From NCBI GenBank assembly GCA_965223415.1, contig OZ245002.1:1280001-1344000 (forward strand): a stretch of DNA of 64,000 nucleotides, read 5' to 3'. Both the position numbers and the translations under genes were made by a program. Shown here piece after piece: positions 45,359 through 55,352 of the stretch; position 1 is the first letter of the stretch; each line of letters begins with the position of its first letter. The DNA is from Myxococcota bacterium. GTDB taxonomy: Bacteria > Myxococcota_A > UBA9160 > UBA6930. The notes under the pieces are model-generated. The model ran no database searches. It saw only the letters and a list, made by a program, of their open reading frames with translations, and was not told the origin of the DNA.

Positions 45359-46975
45359 CTAGGCGAGCGCCTCCTCGACGGCTTTCGCCGCCCACTTGTA
45401 GTCGGCCTTGCCGTTCGGCGCCCGGCGCACCTGGTCCACCACGAAGAGCTGCTTCGGCACCTTGTAGGCGGCGAGCTTGGTGCGGGTGAACTCGCGGAGG
45501 GCCTCGCCGTCGGCATCGGCCCCGGGGCGAAGCGAGGCCACACCCGTGACACGCTGCCCGAACTTCTCGTCCGAGACCCCGACGACCAGGCAGTCCAGGA
45601 CGTCCGGATGCTGCTTCACCGCCTCCTCCACCTCCTCCGGGTAGACCTTCTCGCCGGCGGTGTTGATGCAGTTCGAGCCGCGGCCCAGCAGCGTGAGCGT
45701 GCCGTCGGCCTCCACGGTCGCCCAGTCGCCGGGGAAGGAGTAGCGCACGCCTTCGAGAGTCCGGAAGGTGGCGCGGCTCTTGGCCTCGTCCTTGTAGTAG
45801 CCGATCGGCACGTTGCCGCCGGCCGCCACCATGCCCGCCTCGCCGGAGCCGGGCTTCACCTCGCGGCCGTCCTCGGTGAAGACCTTGGTGGTCGGGTTCA
45901 TCGCGAACTTCGCCGTCTGCCCCACGTTGCCGCGGGTGGTGATCTGGGTGCCCATGCTGCCCTCGGTGGAGCCCATGGCGTCGACCAGCACGAACTCGTG
46001 GTGATCCAGGAGCTGCTGCTTCACCTCGGCGGTCCACATCACGCCGGAGGAGATCATGAACTTCACGCTGGTCGGGTCATAGGGCTCGCCCTTCGCGTGG
46101 GCTTCGTCCAGGGCGCGGAGCATCGGCTTGGCGAACGCGTCGCCGACGATCACGAGCTGGCTCGCCTTCTCGCGCTGGGCGGTCGCCCACAGCTCGTGGG
46201 CGTCGAAAGAGCGCTCTGTGAGGGTGACGACCTGGGCGCCGGCGCACTGGGGGATCAGCGCGCCGAGCCACATGCCGGTGCCGTGCATCAGGGGACACGC
46301 GGGGACGGAGACGACGCCGTGGCCCTCCTCCCACATCTTCGCGGTGACCTCGGGGATCTCGGCCGGCTCGGGCGTCCCCAGACCGAGCAGCGGGAAGCCC
46401 AGGCCGATGAAGCCCTGGACCATGCCACCGATGTCGTACATCACGCCCTTGGGCATGCCCGTCGTGCCGCCGGTGTAGAGCATGTAGACGTCGTCGGGGG
46501 AGCGGTCGATACGCGGCGCCGGATCGTGGGCTGCTACGAGCTGCTCGAAGGGCACCGCTCCTTCGACCGATTCGCCTCCGTCGTCCACCTCCACCCAGAG
46601 CTTCACCTTCGGAACGCGGTCCTTCACCCGCGCCACCCGATCGCCCAGGCTGGTGTGGAAGACGAGTACCTCGGCGTCCGAGTTGTCGAGCAGGTAGAGG
46701 AGCTCGTCGTCGAGATAGCGGTAGTTGATGTTGATGGGAACGTGGCGGCCCTTGAAGGCGCCGAATTGGGCCTCCAGGTACTCGTTGCCGTTGTAGAGAT
46801 AGAGACCGACCTTCGAGTCCGGGCCGAGGCCGGCCCCGGCGTAGGCCGCGGCGAGCCGCGCCGCCCGCTGCTCGTACTCGGCCCAGGTCCTGCGCTGCGC
46901 GCCGGAGACGAGGGCGTCGCGATCGCCGATCCGGTCGGCGATCCCCTCCCACAGCGTTGCGTAGTGCATCTCCAT
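45359..46975 (-). CDS. Acyl-CoA synthetase (FadD19-like)
   Basis: NINYRY, YTGGTTGMPKG, PLMHG, GSTE, GYYKD, GRGSNCINTAGEKV, NGKADY. Confidence 0.92.
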   Translation of the reverse strand: MEMHYATLWEGIADRIGDRDALVSGAQRRTWAEYEQRAARLAAAYAGAGLGPDSKVGLYLYNGNEYLEAQFGAFKGRHVPININYRYLDDELLYLLDNSDAEVLVFHTSLGDRVARVKDRVPKVKLWVEVDDGGESVEGAVPFEQLVAAHDPAPRIDRSPDDVYMLYTGGTTGMPKGVMYDIGGMVQGFIGLGFPLLGLGTPEPAEIPEVTAKMWEEGHGVVSVPACPLMHGTGMWLGALIPQCAGAQVVTLTERSFDAHELWATAQREKASQLVIVGDAFAKPMLRALDEAHAKGEPYDPTSVKFMISSGVMWTAEVKQQLLDHHEFVLVDAMGSTEGSMGTQITTRGNVGQTAKFAMNPTTKVFTEDGREVKPGSGEAGMVAAGGNVPIGYYKDEAKSRATFRTLEGVRYSFPGDWATVEADGTLTLLGRGSNCINTAGEKVYPEEVEEAVKQHPDVLDCLVVGVSDEKFGQRVTGVASLRPGADADGEALREFTRTKLAAYKVPKQLFVVDQVRRAPNGKADYKWAAKAVEEALA

Positions 46976-46980
46976 CTCGC

Positions 46981-47892
46981 TCACGCCTCCTTCTTCTGCG
47001 TGCGGTAGTCGCCGAACTTCTCGTCCCGCTCCTGCAGGGCGCCGGTCAGCTTCCCCTTGCCCGGCCCGATCTTGGCGATGAACTCGTGGAAGCTCGGCTG
47101 GTGCGTGGCGAGCGTGCAGAGCTCGGTGCCCTGGCGGATGCCAGCGCGGAAGCCCATCGCGTCCATCTGCCGGTGCACGGCGCGCTTGTTCAGCTGCACG
47201 ATGTCCGGCGGGAGGGCTGCGATGCGCTCCGCCATCTCCAGGGCCTTCGCCTCGAGTTGGTCGGCGGGATACGCCCGGGTGGCCCAGCCGCGCTTCTCCG
47301 CCTCGACGCCGGAGATCGAGTCGCCGGTGAGCATCATCTCCATCCCGCGGCGCATGCCCACGAGCCAGGCGTGGAACTGCATGTCCGGCACGCCGAAGCG
47401 CACCGCCGGGTAGCCCATCTGCGCGTCCTCGGCCATGTAGACCAGGTCGCAGCCGGTGGCGAGCTCGCTTCCACCGGCGAGGCAGAAGCCGTGCACCTGG
47501 GCGATCACCGGCTTCGAGAGGTCCCAGATCGACATCCAGCCCTCGGTCACGTGCCGCGGCCACTGGCCTTCGCCACCGGCGGTGAAGAACGGATACTCCA
47601 TGCCTTCGTTGCCGCCCCCCAGGTCGTAGCCGGCGGAGAAGCTCGGCCCGGCCCCGCGGACGATCATCACGTGGACCTCCGGATCGACGTCGCCCTGCTG
47701 GAGGGCGTGGAGCAGCTGGCCGCGGAGGGCGTGGTTCAGCGCGTTGCGCTTCTCCGGCCGATTCAGGGTGATGCGCCGGACGTGGGGCGCCGGATCGTCG
47801 ACCAGGACCACCGTGTAGTCGGCTGCCGAGCTCGGCTGGCTCACGCTGGCGGCGCGGTCGGCGTAGGGATTGGCGTGGCTCTCGCTGCTCAT
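46981..47892 (-). CDS. Enoyl-CoA hydratase/isomerase family protein
   Basis: LNRPEKRNAL, FSAGYDL, KPVIAQVHGFCLAGG. Confidence 0.9.
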   Translation of the reverse strand: MSSESHANPYADRAASVSQPSSAADYTVVLVDDPAPHVRRITLNRPEKRNALNHALRGQLLHALQQGDVDPEVHVMIVRGAGPSFSAGYDLGGGNEGMEYPFFTAGGEGQWPRHVTEGWMSIWDLSKPVIAQVHGFCLAGGSELATGCDLVYMAEDAQMGYPAVRFGVPDMQFHAWLVGMRRGMEMMLTGDSISGVEAEKRGWATRAYPADQLEAKALEMAERIAALPPDIVQLNKRAVHRQMDAMGFRAGIRQGTELCTLATHQPSFHEFIAKIGPGKGKLTGALQERDEKFGDYRTQKKEA

Positions 47893-47990
47893 GGGGCGCC
47901 TCCAATGGGCCTTTCGGCCCGGGAGCGCTCGATTGGACTGGACCCCTCCCGCCCTGTCAAGGAGCGCTCGCCGGGCGTACCCTGGGGTGG

Positions 47991-48611
47991 ATGCGCTCGG
48001 ATGCCGTCGACCAGCTGCTGAGCGGCTACCTCAAGCAGCCCGTCCGGCTGAGCTGGCGCGGCGCCGCCTCCGACGCCGTGCGGGGATCCTTCGAGCGCCC
48101 GCGCGTCGAGCTCGCGGGCCTGGCGACCGCCTGGGTGCCGCTGGAAGAGGTGGCACTCGAGGCGGACCACGTGGCATTGCACCCGGGCGTGCCCGCGCGG
48201 CTCGCGGTGCAGGGCCCCCGCGTCGAGGTGGCGGTCGGCCAGTCCGATCTCGATCGCTGGCTCAAGCGCTTCCAGCTCCCCTTCCGCCTCGAGCTCGAGG
48301 ACACCTCGCTCACGGTCCACACCGAGATCGCCGGCTTCCCCGTCGCGCGGCTCGACGCCCGCCTCGACGTGGTCCGCGGCTGGTTCGTCCTGAAGCCGAG
48401 GAGCGCCTCCCTGCTCGGCGTCCCCAACTACGTGGCGTCGCTCTTCCGGACCTACCTGCCCATCCCTCCGCTGCCCGAAGACGCGCGCGTGGTCGCCATC
48501 GACCACGAGCCGGAGATGCTGCGTCTCACCTTCGAAGCGGACGACTTCGAGGAGCGGGTCACTCCCGGCCTGGTCGATCGTCTGCGCCGACGGGTGCTGC
48601 CGATCGGCTAG
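47991..48611 (+). CDS. Hypothetical beta-rich protein (possible TULIP/LmeA-like lipid-binding fold)
   Basis: 206 aa with coding-like codon usage and TACCCT 7 nt upstream. The fold assignment is a guess. Confidence 0.5.
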   Translation: MRSDAVDQLLSGYLKQPVRLSWRGAASDAVRGSFERPRVELAGLATAWVPLEEVALEADHVALHPGVPARLAVQGPRVEVAVGQSDLDRWLKRFQLPFRLELEDTSLTVHTEIAGFPVARLDARLDVVRGWFVLKPRSASLLGVPNYVASLFRTYLPIPPLPEDARVVAIDHEPEMLRLTFEADDFEERVTPGLVDRLRRRVLPIG

Positions 48612-48735
48612 GAGCTGTGCGGGCGGGTCGCACACCTGGACCGATTCCGCCGGGCCTGGAGCGGCCGGACCGCCGCATCGCCTCAAGCCGGGCCCGAGGC
48701 CCTTCGATAGGGCCGGATGGGGATTCTGGCGGGCC

Positions 48736-49569
48736 ATGGCAGGGATGAGCGTTCGGGTCGCAGCAACGGGCGTGCTCCTGGTGGGCGCGGGCGCCCTCGT
48801 GGCGTTCACCGGCGTGAGCGCGGGATTTCTCGTGCTCGGCGCCCTCCCCCTCCTCCTGCTGCCCGCCGACGTGTCGAGGCTGCCGTGGATCCTGCTCTGG
48901 TGCCTGCTGGGCGGCATGCTGGGCTTCCTGGTCGCAGAGCGGATCCCCGGCAACACCGGCCTGCTCGTGGCGGTGGCCTGCTTCACGGCCGTCGGCATCG
49001 TCCACGGAGAGCTCCTCCGGCGTCGCGAGGCGCAGCGCCGGAAAGCCGCGGCAGAGCTCTACGAGCTCGCGACCCACGACGGCCTCACCGGCGCGCTCAA
49101 CCGCACCTGCTTCGAGGAGCTCGCCCGCCAGGAGACCCGACGCGCCGCCCGCTACGGCAACCCGCTCTCCCTCGCGATCATCGACCTGGACGACCTGAAG
49201 ACGATCAACGACCATGCGGGACACCGCGCCGGGGACGACGCCCTCCGCAAGCTCGGCGGCCTGCTCCGGGAGTCGGTGCGCGATTGCGACAGCGTCGGCC
49301 GGCTGGGCGGCGACGAGTTCGCCCTGCTCATGCCGGAGACCGGCCTGCTCGCCGCCGCCATCGCCTGCGAGCGTCTGCGCCTGGCCGTAGAGGGCCTTCC
49401 CGGGAACGGGGGTGCCGCGATCACGGCCAGCGTCGGGATCGCGGAGTGCGAGGGAGAAGCGTCCCGCTACGAGACGCTCTACGAGACGGCGGACCGCTGC
49501 CTCTACACGGCGAAGCGCGGCGGCCGCAACCGGGTCTCGACCCGGCCGGACCCGCCCGCCTCCGCCTGA
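48736..49569 (+). CDS. Membrane diguanylate cyclase (GGDEF)
   Basis: N-terminal TM helices; DGLTGALNR, DLDDLKTIND, RDCD I-site, GRLGGDEF. Confidence 0.92.
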   Translation: MAGMSVRVAATGVLLVGAGALVAFTGVSAGFLVLGALPLLLLPADVSRLPWILLWCLLGGMLGFLVAERIPGNTGLLVAVACFTAVGIVHGELLRRREAQRRKAAAELYELATHDGLTGALNRTCFEELARQETRRAARYGNPLSLAIIDLDDLKTINDHAGHRAGDDALRKLGGLLRESVRDCDSVGRLGGDEFALLMPETGLLAAAIACERLRLAVEGLPGNGGAAITASVGIAECEGEASRYETLYETADRCLYTAKRGGRNRVSTRPDPPASA

Positions 49570-49620
49570 TCGATCGTCGCGGGGCTCGGAGCGGCAGGGG
49601 GCTGGGCTAGCCTCTGCGCC

Positions 49621-50451
49621 ATGTACGAAGAGATCCTGTACGACGTCGAAGAGCCGGTCGCGACCATCCGTTTCCACCGGCCGGACCGCCTCAACGCCTT
49701 CACCAATCGCATGGGCGACGAGCTGAAGCACGCCATCGCCGAGGCCGAGGCCGACGAGCGGGTGGTGGGCATCGTGCTCACCGGTTCCGGCCGCGGCTTC
49801 TGCTCCGGGGCCGACCTGAAGGGCCTGCAGGGCATCGGTGCCGGCGAGGAGGGCGCGATGGGGGGCGGCGCCGAGGGCCTCGACGCCCAGCCCGGCGATC
49901 CGGCGATGAAGGGATTCCACGGGCCCTACGCCTACATGATGGCGGTGCGCAAGCCGATCATCGCCGCCATCAACGGCCCGGCCGCCGGCCTGGGCTTCGC
50001 GATCCCGCTCTTCGCCGACATGCGCTTCGCCAGCGACCGCGCCGTGTTCACCACCGCCTTCTCGCGGCGCGGACTGATCGCCGAGTGGGGAATCGGCTGG
50101 ACCCTGCCACGCCTGGTCGGCCCGGCCCATGCCCTCGACCTCTTGCTCTCCGCCCGCAAGATCGATGCGACCGAGGCGTGTCGCATCGGTCTCGTGAACC
50201 GCACGCTGCCCCACGACGAGCTCCTCCCCTTCGTGACGAGCTACGTTCGCGACCTGGCGGAGAACGTGTCACCCACTTCGATGGCGGTGATGAAGCGTCA
50301 GGTGTGGCAGCGCCTGGAAGCCGAGCTCGATCCCTCCCTGCGCGAATCGATCGAGCTCATGGCCGAGAGCTTCGACCGACCCGACTTCAAGGAAGGGGTG
50401 CAGTCCTTCCTCGAGAGGCGTCCGCCGCGCTTCCCGCGCGTGAAGACCTGA
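49621..50451 (+). CDS. Enoyl-CoA hydratase/isomerase family protein
   Basis: RPDRLNAF, FCSGADL, KPIIAAINGPAAG, GLIAEWG. Confidence 0.92.
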   Translation: MYEEILYDVEEPVATIRFHRPDRLNAFTNRMGDELKHAIAEAEADERVVGIVLTGSGRGFCSGADLKGLQGIGAGEEGAMGGGAEGLDAQPGDPAMKGFHGPYAYMMAVRKPIIAAINGPAAGLGFAIPLFADMRFASDRAVFTTAFSRRGLIAEWGIGWTLPRLVGPAHALDLLLSARKIDATEACRIGLVNRTLPHDELLPFVTSYVRDLAENVSPTSMAVMKRQVWQRLEAELDPSLRESIELMAESFDRPDFKEGVQSFLERRPPRFPRVKT

Positions 50452-50457
50452 GGGGGC

Positions 50458-51051
50458 TCAGGCGAGCAGCCGCCGGAGGGCCCCCTCGACCACTGCCGCC
50501 GCGCGGCTTCGGCTGAGGCGCTGCTCGGAGCGCAGCCGATCCCAGGCCTCGAAGGAGGTCGCCAGCTCGGCGGCGTCGAGGCGCTCGGGCTCTCCATCCT
50601 CCAGCTCCGGGAGCCAGCGAAGCAGATCCGCCCGCAACGTCCGGACGTCGGTCGAGTGGACGGACTGCAGGTAGTCGGAACGCCAGCGGTGCAGGGCTGC
50701 GGAGCGCTTGTAGGGCGTCGAACGCTCGAAGAGGTCGGCCCGACGCGCGGTGAGGGCGGAGATGCGTGCGGCGACGCTTCCGCTCGGCTGCCCTTCGGTC
50801 ACGAGCGGGCTGAGCTCTGCGACCAGGCGATCGTTCATCTCGGCGTAGAGCGTCTCCATGTCCGAGAAGTGGCGGAAGACGGTGCGGATGCCGACGCCGG
50901 CCCGCTCGGCCACCTGCTGGGCCGTCGGCCGCAGGCTGCCCTCGCCGATCAGCTCCATGAGCGCCTGCACGATGGCCTCGCGGCTGCGCTCGGAGCGGCG
51001 GGCGCGGCCGTCGGATCGGGCCTCCGGGGAGAGTGAGCTGGGTCGCGGCAT
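50458..51051 (-). CDS. TetR/AcrR family transcriptional regulator
   Basis: DGRARRSERSR...PTAQQVAERAGVGIRTVFRHF HTH. Confidence 0.9.
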   Translation of the reverse strand: MPRPSSLSPEARSDGRARRSERSREAIVQALMELIGEGSLRPTAQQVAERAGVGIRTVFRHFSDMETLYAEMNDRLVAELSPLVTEGQPSGSVAARISALTARRADLFERSTPYKRSAALHRWRSDYLQSVHSTDVRTLRADLLRWLPELEDGEPERLDAAELATSFEAWDRLRSEQRLSRSRAAAVVEGALRRLLA

Positions 51052-51062
51052 GGGGAAAATGA

Positions 51063-51079
51063 TGGCAGAAACCATGCCA
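51063..51079. promoter_or_regulatory. Candidate TetR operator TGGCA-N7-TGCCA
   Basis: Inverted repeat 11 nt upstream of the tetR ATG, in an AT-richer patch. Confidence 0.45.
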
Positions 51080-51083
51080 AAAC

Positions 51084-51767
51084 TCACCCTAGGGAGCCGA
51101 GGAAGGCGTAGCCCTCCGCCAGGGCGGCGCGGGCGCCCTCCTCCACGACGTCGCCATGGGCCACGATCACCCGCTCGAAGGGCCAGGCGAAGATGCGTTC
51201 CAGGGATCCGCGGAAGGCGTCGCGATCGCGGATCGAGAGGCGCTCGAGCAGCGTCGGCGAGAGGACACCCTTCACCCCGGCCAGACGGAGCGAGAGGCGC
51301 GCCCAGCCGGAGAAGCGCGGCGAGAGGTTGAGGGCCAGATCGGTGGCGACGAGGGTGGCGCTCTCGGCGTGGAAGAACACGACCTCGTTGCCGAGCGGGA
51401 AGCCCCGCAGCGCCACCTGCGCGAGGCAGCCGGCCCAGGCCTCCGGCGCCTCGTCGCCCAGGACCTCCGCGGGAAGCAGCTCGGGCCGCTTCTCCTCGAG
51501 ACCCGGCGCCAGGTGGAGGGAGGCACCGGGAAAGGCGTCTCGCCAGTCCCCGGCGTACAGGTGGTGGAAGCGGTTCGGAGCCACCAGCGCCGCGGGCTCG
51601 CCCAGCCTGCGCAGCGCGTCGACCCGCCCGGGCGTGGGCTCGATCGGCGAGTGGATCCACAGGCCGCCGCCGGGCAGCCGGACGACGGTCATACGAGTGC
51701 CGATCTCCAGCCCGAAGAAGCGGAGCGGCTGCTCGTCGACCCACAAGTTCGCGTCGAGCTGACGCAT
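51084..51767 (-). CDS. DUF4336 family protein (MBL-like)
   Basis: TRMTVVRL, LWIHSP, VAPNRFHHLY, EVVFFH, VIVAHG. Confidence 0.85.
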   Translation of the reverse strand: MRQLDANLWVDEQPLRFFGLEIGTRMTVVRLPGGGLWIHSPIEPTPGRVDALRRLGEPAALVAPNRFHHLYAGDWRDAFPGASLHLAPGLEEKRPELLPAEVLGDEAPEAWAGCLAQVALRGFPLGNEVVFFHAESATLVATDLALNLSPRFSGWARLSLRLAGVKGVLSPTLLERLSIRDRDAFRGSLERIFAWPFERVIVAHGDVVEEGARAALAEGYAFLGSLG

Positions 51768-51894
51768 GCACGAGAGCTTCGGCAACCGGCAAGGGCGCCG
51801 TCAACCCGGCCCCGCGGCGGCGTGCCTGGCGCTGTGACGCCCGTCATGCGTAACACCCCGGGGCGGGCCGTTGGAGAAAGGGAGGAGGGACCCC

Positions 51895-52635
51895 ATGCTG
51901 AAGCGCTCCCGCCGCTCGGTGCTGCTCCTGGACGTTGGCCGGAACCCGCTGGCGATCCTGGCCGCCCGCATCGGCCGGCTCGACTTCCGGGCGGTGCGCG
52001 CCAAGACCCCGGAAGAGGCCGTGCCGCTGCTGGCCGACCCCCGCTTCGCGATCGAGGCGATGGTCGTGCCGCCGGACGTGCCGGTTCCCGACCTCAAGGC
52101 GACGCTCTCCGCCCTGCGCCTGGCCGCACCCCGCGAACGGCTGCCGATCCTGGCGAGCCTGCCCCGCCGCACCCCCCGGCCCGAGCGGAATCGGCTGATC
52201 CAGGCGGGTGTCGACCTTCCGCTCTTCGAGCCGATCGACGCCCACAGCCTGCGCTTCCAGCTGAACCGCTCCGTCGCCGGCGAGATCCCCGCCCGCCGCG
52301 CCCGCGCCGGCCGGCGTGCGCCCTCGAGCCACGAGGTGCGGCTGCGCGTGCGGCGCCGCAAGCGTCAGGCGCGCCTCTACACCTTCTCGGCCCGGGGCGC
52401 CTTCCTCGTCTGCGAAGCGCCTTCGTTGCGCGGCAGCCGCCTCGAGCTGGAGCTCGGCCTGCCGGGCCTCCCCCGTCGCATCGCCGGCGAGGTGGTGATG
52501 ACCAACGTCGCCGGCAACGTCGGCCGCTCGAACCTCCCGCACGGCATGGCAATCCGCTTCGACCGCCTCACCGCCGACCACGAAGCCACCCTCGAGCTCC
52601 TCGTCGACAAGGTCCTGCGCCGCCTCGACCTCTAG
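51895..52635 (+). CDS. PilZ-domain protein with receiver-like N-terminus
   Basis: RAGRR (RxxxR) and TFSARGAF (degenerate D/NxSxxG), GEVV...GMAIRF; GGAGGAGG RBS. Confidence 0.7.
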   Translation: MLKRSRRSVLLLDVGRNPLAILAARIGRLDFRAVRAKTPEEAVPLLADPRFAIEAMVVPPDVPVPDLKATLSALRLAAPRERLPILASLPRRTPRPERNRLIQAGVDLPLFEPIDAHSLRFQLNRSVAGEIPARRARAGRRAPSSHEVRLRVRRRKRQARLYTFSARGAFLVCEAPSLRGSRLELELGLPGLPRRIAGEVVMTNVAGNVGRSNLPHGMAIRFDRLTADHEATLELLVDKVLRRLDL

Positions 52636-52703
52636 CCCGGAAAGACGCAAGACCGGGGACGTTCCTTGCAACTTGCATTCTCGGACCGGGCTAGCATGGG
52701 CGC

Positions 52704-53507
52704 GTGTCGATCCTCCGCTACGACGAGGCCTTGCAGGCGCTGCTCCTCCTGAAGGGCCATCCCTACGATCGCAAGGCTCTGTCCGGCCTGTTCGAGAGCG
52801 ACCCCTCCGTCGTCGTGACCGCCGTCGAGCATCCGGCCGCCCAGCACTTCCTGGCCCCCGAGGCAGCGCAGCCCTACGACGCCCTGGTCTTCTACGACAT
52901 GCCCGGCATCGACTTCGCCAAGGGGAGCCCGCCCGGCTTCGTCGAGCCCTCGCGCGCGGTCCGCGAGGGCTTCGAGGCCCTGTTGGAGCGGGGAAAGGGG
53001 ATGGTCTTCCTGCATCACGCCGTTGCGGGCTGGCCCAGCTGGGAACGTTATGCGGAGGTCATGGGGGCCCGGTTCCTCTACGCCCCCGCCGAGATCGGCA
53101 GGCGGTCCTGGCCGGACTCCGGCTACCGGCACGACGTGCGCCACCGGCTCACGCCGGTCGATCCCGGCCATCCGGTGGCGCAGGGCCTCGATCAGGGCTT
53201 CGAGCTCACGGACGAGCTCTACCTCTGTCCGATCTTCGAGGACCGCGTCGAACCGCTCTTCCGCAGCGATGCCCGGTTCGAAGACGAGGCCTTCTACTCG
53301 AGCGCCGAGGCCCTGCGCGGCCGCATGCACTCCCGCGAGGGCTGGAGCCATCCGCCCGGCAGCGACCTGGCCGTCTGGTGCCGGCAGGAAGGCCGCAGCC
53401 GGATCGTCACGATTCTCGGGGGGGACGGCCCGCCGGCCTTGTCGAGCCCGGCCTTCGGGCGACTGGTGATGAACGCGATCCGCTTCGTCGCCGAGCCTGC
53501 CGCCTAG
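52704..53507 (+). CDS. ThuA-like (class I GATase-fold) protein
   Basis: KGHPYD, YDALVFYDMPG, GKGMVFLHH, HPV...TDELY. Confidence 0.75.
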   Translation: MSILRYDEALQALLLLKGHPYDRKALSGLFESDPSVVVTAVEHPAAQHFLAPEAAQPYDALVFYDMPGIDFAKGSPPGFVEPSRAVREGFEALLERGKGMVFLHHAVAGWPSWERYAEVMGARFLYAPAEIGRRSWPDSGYRHDVRHRLTPVDPGHPVAQGLDQGFELTDELYLCPIFEDRVEPLFRSDARFEDEAFYSSAEALRGRMHSREGWSHPPGSDLAVWCRQEGRSRIVTILGGDGPPALSSPAFGRLVMNAIRFVAEPAA

Positions 53508-53708
53508 CTGCACGTCGGCTGCACATCGGCTGCCGATGGCGGCCGAGATGCGAGCACCGGTGTCGAGAAAGGGGTCGATTCCACCCGGCGAGCTGCCGAT
53601 AGGACCCTCGACCGCCACGCCTTTCGAGTTACCGCGCGTGCCGGCCCGGGGTGGAGACGAGGGACGTCGCCGGCCGGGCCCTGCGCTCGCGGACCGGGAA
53701 GGACCCCC

Positions 53709-54356
53709 ATGCGCAGCCTGCTCCTCGCGCTGGCTCTCGTCCTCGCGGCCGCGCCGGCGACGGCCGCGACCATGATCACCAACCCCCTCGATCCGGCCCT
53801 CGCGGGCGCGACGGTGATCGACTTCGACGGCGAGTCGGACGGTACGAGCTTCGCCACGGCGTCCGTCGGCGCGCTCTCGATCCTGAGCAACACGAACCTG
53901 CTCCAGTTCGACGACGATTGGGCCGCGCAGTTCGGCACCACCGGAATCGCCCTCGAGACGCGCCTCGGCCCGGCGAACGACGATCTCGTGCTGACCTTCG
54001 CGGCCCCGGTGGCAGCCTTCGGCTTCGCCATCAACGCGCTCGACATCGACTTGACGATGAACCTCTACGACGGGATCGGGAACCTGGTCGACAGCTTCAC
54101 CATCGCGAACCAGCCCGGGCAGGGGCTCAGCGGCTTCGCCCGGCGCGGCTACGCGGGCGCCAGCTCCGCGGTGCCGATCGCCCGCCTGCAGATCGTCAAC
54201 GCGAGCCAGCACGATTGGTTCCTGATCGACGACGTCGCCTTTGTCGCCGCCGTGCCCGAGGTCGCGAGCACGATGCTGCTCGGCGTCGGGCTGCTCGGCC
54301 TCGCGCTGGCCGGGGGCCACGGCCCCCTGGGCCTGCGACGCGAGCGGGAGGGCTGA
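53709..54356 (+). CDS. Secreted PEP-CTERM-type (exosortase target) protein
   Basis: Signal peptide, IDFD...IDDV, C-terminal VPEVAS + hydrophobic helix + basic tail. Confidence 0.75.
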   Translation: MRSLLLALALVLAAAPATAATMITNPLDPALAGATVIDFDGESDGTSFATASVGALSILSNTNLLQFDDDWAAQFGTTGIALETRLGPANDDLVLTFAAPVAAFGFAINALDIDLTMNLYDGIGNLVDSFTIANQPGQGLSGFARRGYAGASSAVPIARLQIVNASQHDWFLIDDVAFVAAVPEVASTMLLGVGLLGLALAGGHGPLGLRREREG

Positions 54357-54430
54357 GCGCCGAGGGCGGGTGCCTGCCCCGCGGCGCTCGCACGCCGTGA
54401 GCAGGATTCGGCCGCGCTACGCTCGCGGCC

Positions 54431-55291
54431 ATGAGCCTCGGACGCATCGCCTCCCTCCACCGCCACCCGGTCAAGAGCATGCTCGGCGAGGACCGCCGAT
54501 CGGTCTTCCTGGGGCCCAACGGCATCCCCGGCGATCGCTCCTGGGCCGTTCGCGACGAGCAGCGCGGCGGCATCCGGGGCGGGAAGAAGATCCCGGAGCT
54601 GATGGGCTGCTCCGCTCGCTTTCCCGAAGAGCCAGCAGAGGAGCGCGTCCCCGCGCCGGAGATCCGTCTGCCGCATGGTGATGCCTTTCCGTGTGACGCC
54701 CCGGACGCCGCCTCGCGCCTCTCGGCGTTCCTGGGCCGGGAGGTCACGCTCTGGCCCCTCGTCCCCGCCGAGGCCCTCGAGCACTACCGCCGCGGCGCCC
54801 CCGACGACCCGGACTTCGAGAAGGAGCTGCGCGCGATCTTCGGCCGCCTGCCCGGCGAGCCGCTCCCGGACCTCGGCCGCTTTCCTCCCGAGCTCCTCCA
54901 GTACGAGTCGCCGCCGGGCACCTACTTCGACGCCTTTCCGCTCCTCCTGATCACCCGCGCCTCCCTCGCCTCGATGCAGGCGGCGCGCCCCGACGCACGA
55001 TTCGACCCGCGCCGCTTCCGCCCGAACCTCGTGGTCGAGGACACGGGCGACGAGGCCTTCCCGGAGCTCGCCTGGTCCGGCCGCCGCCTGCGTGTCGGAG
55101 GCGCCGTGATTCGCGTCGAGATGGAGTGCCCGCGCTGCGTGATGACGACCCACGGCTTCGCCGACCTTCCGAAGGACCCGGGGATCATGCGGGCCCTCGT
55201 GAAGGAGACCGGCGGAAACCTCGGCGCCTACGCCAGCGTCGAGGAGCCCGGCGAAGTTGGGGTCGGCGACGAGCTCACCCTCGCCGACTGA
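54431..55291 (+). CDS. MOSC domain protein (mARC/YcbX-like)
   Basis: HPVKSMLGE, GDRSWA, RRFRPNLVV, CPRCVM, VGDEL. Confidence 0.9.
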   Translation: MSLGRIASLHRHPVKSMLGEDRRSVFLGPNGIPGDRSWAVRDEQRGGIRGGKKIPELMGCSARFPEEPAEERVPAPEIRLPHGDAFPCDAPDAASRLSAFLGREVTLWPLVPAEALEHYRRGAPDDPDFEKELRAIFGRLPGEPLPDLGRFPPELLQYESPPGTYFDAFPLLLITRASLASMQAARPDARFDPRRFRPNLVVEDTGDEAFPELAWSGRRLRVGGAVIRVEMECPRCVMTTHGFADLPKDPGIMRALVKETGGNLGAYASVEEPGEVGVGDELTLAD

Positions 55292-55352
55292 CGCCCCTGA
55301 CAAGCGCGCCAACGCAAGGAACGGAACCGGCCCCCAACGCAACGAGCTCCGC

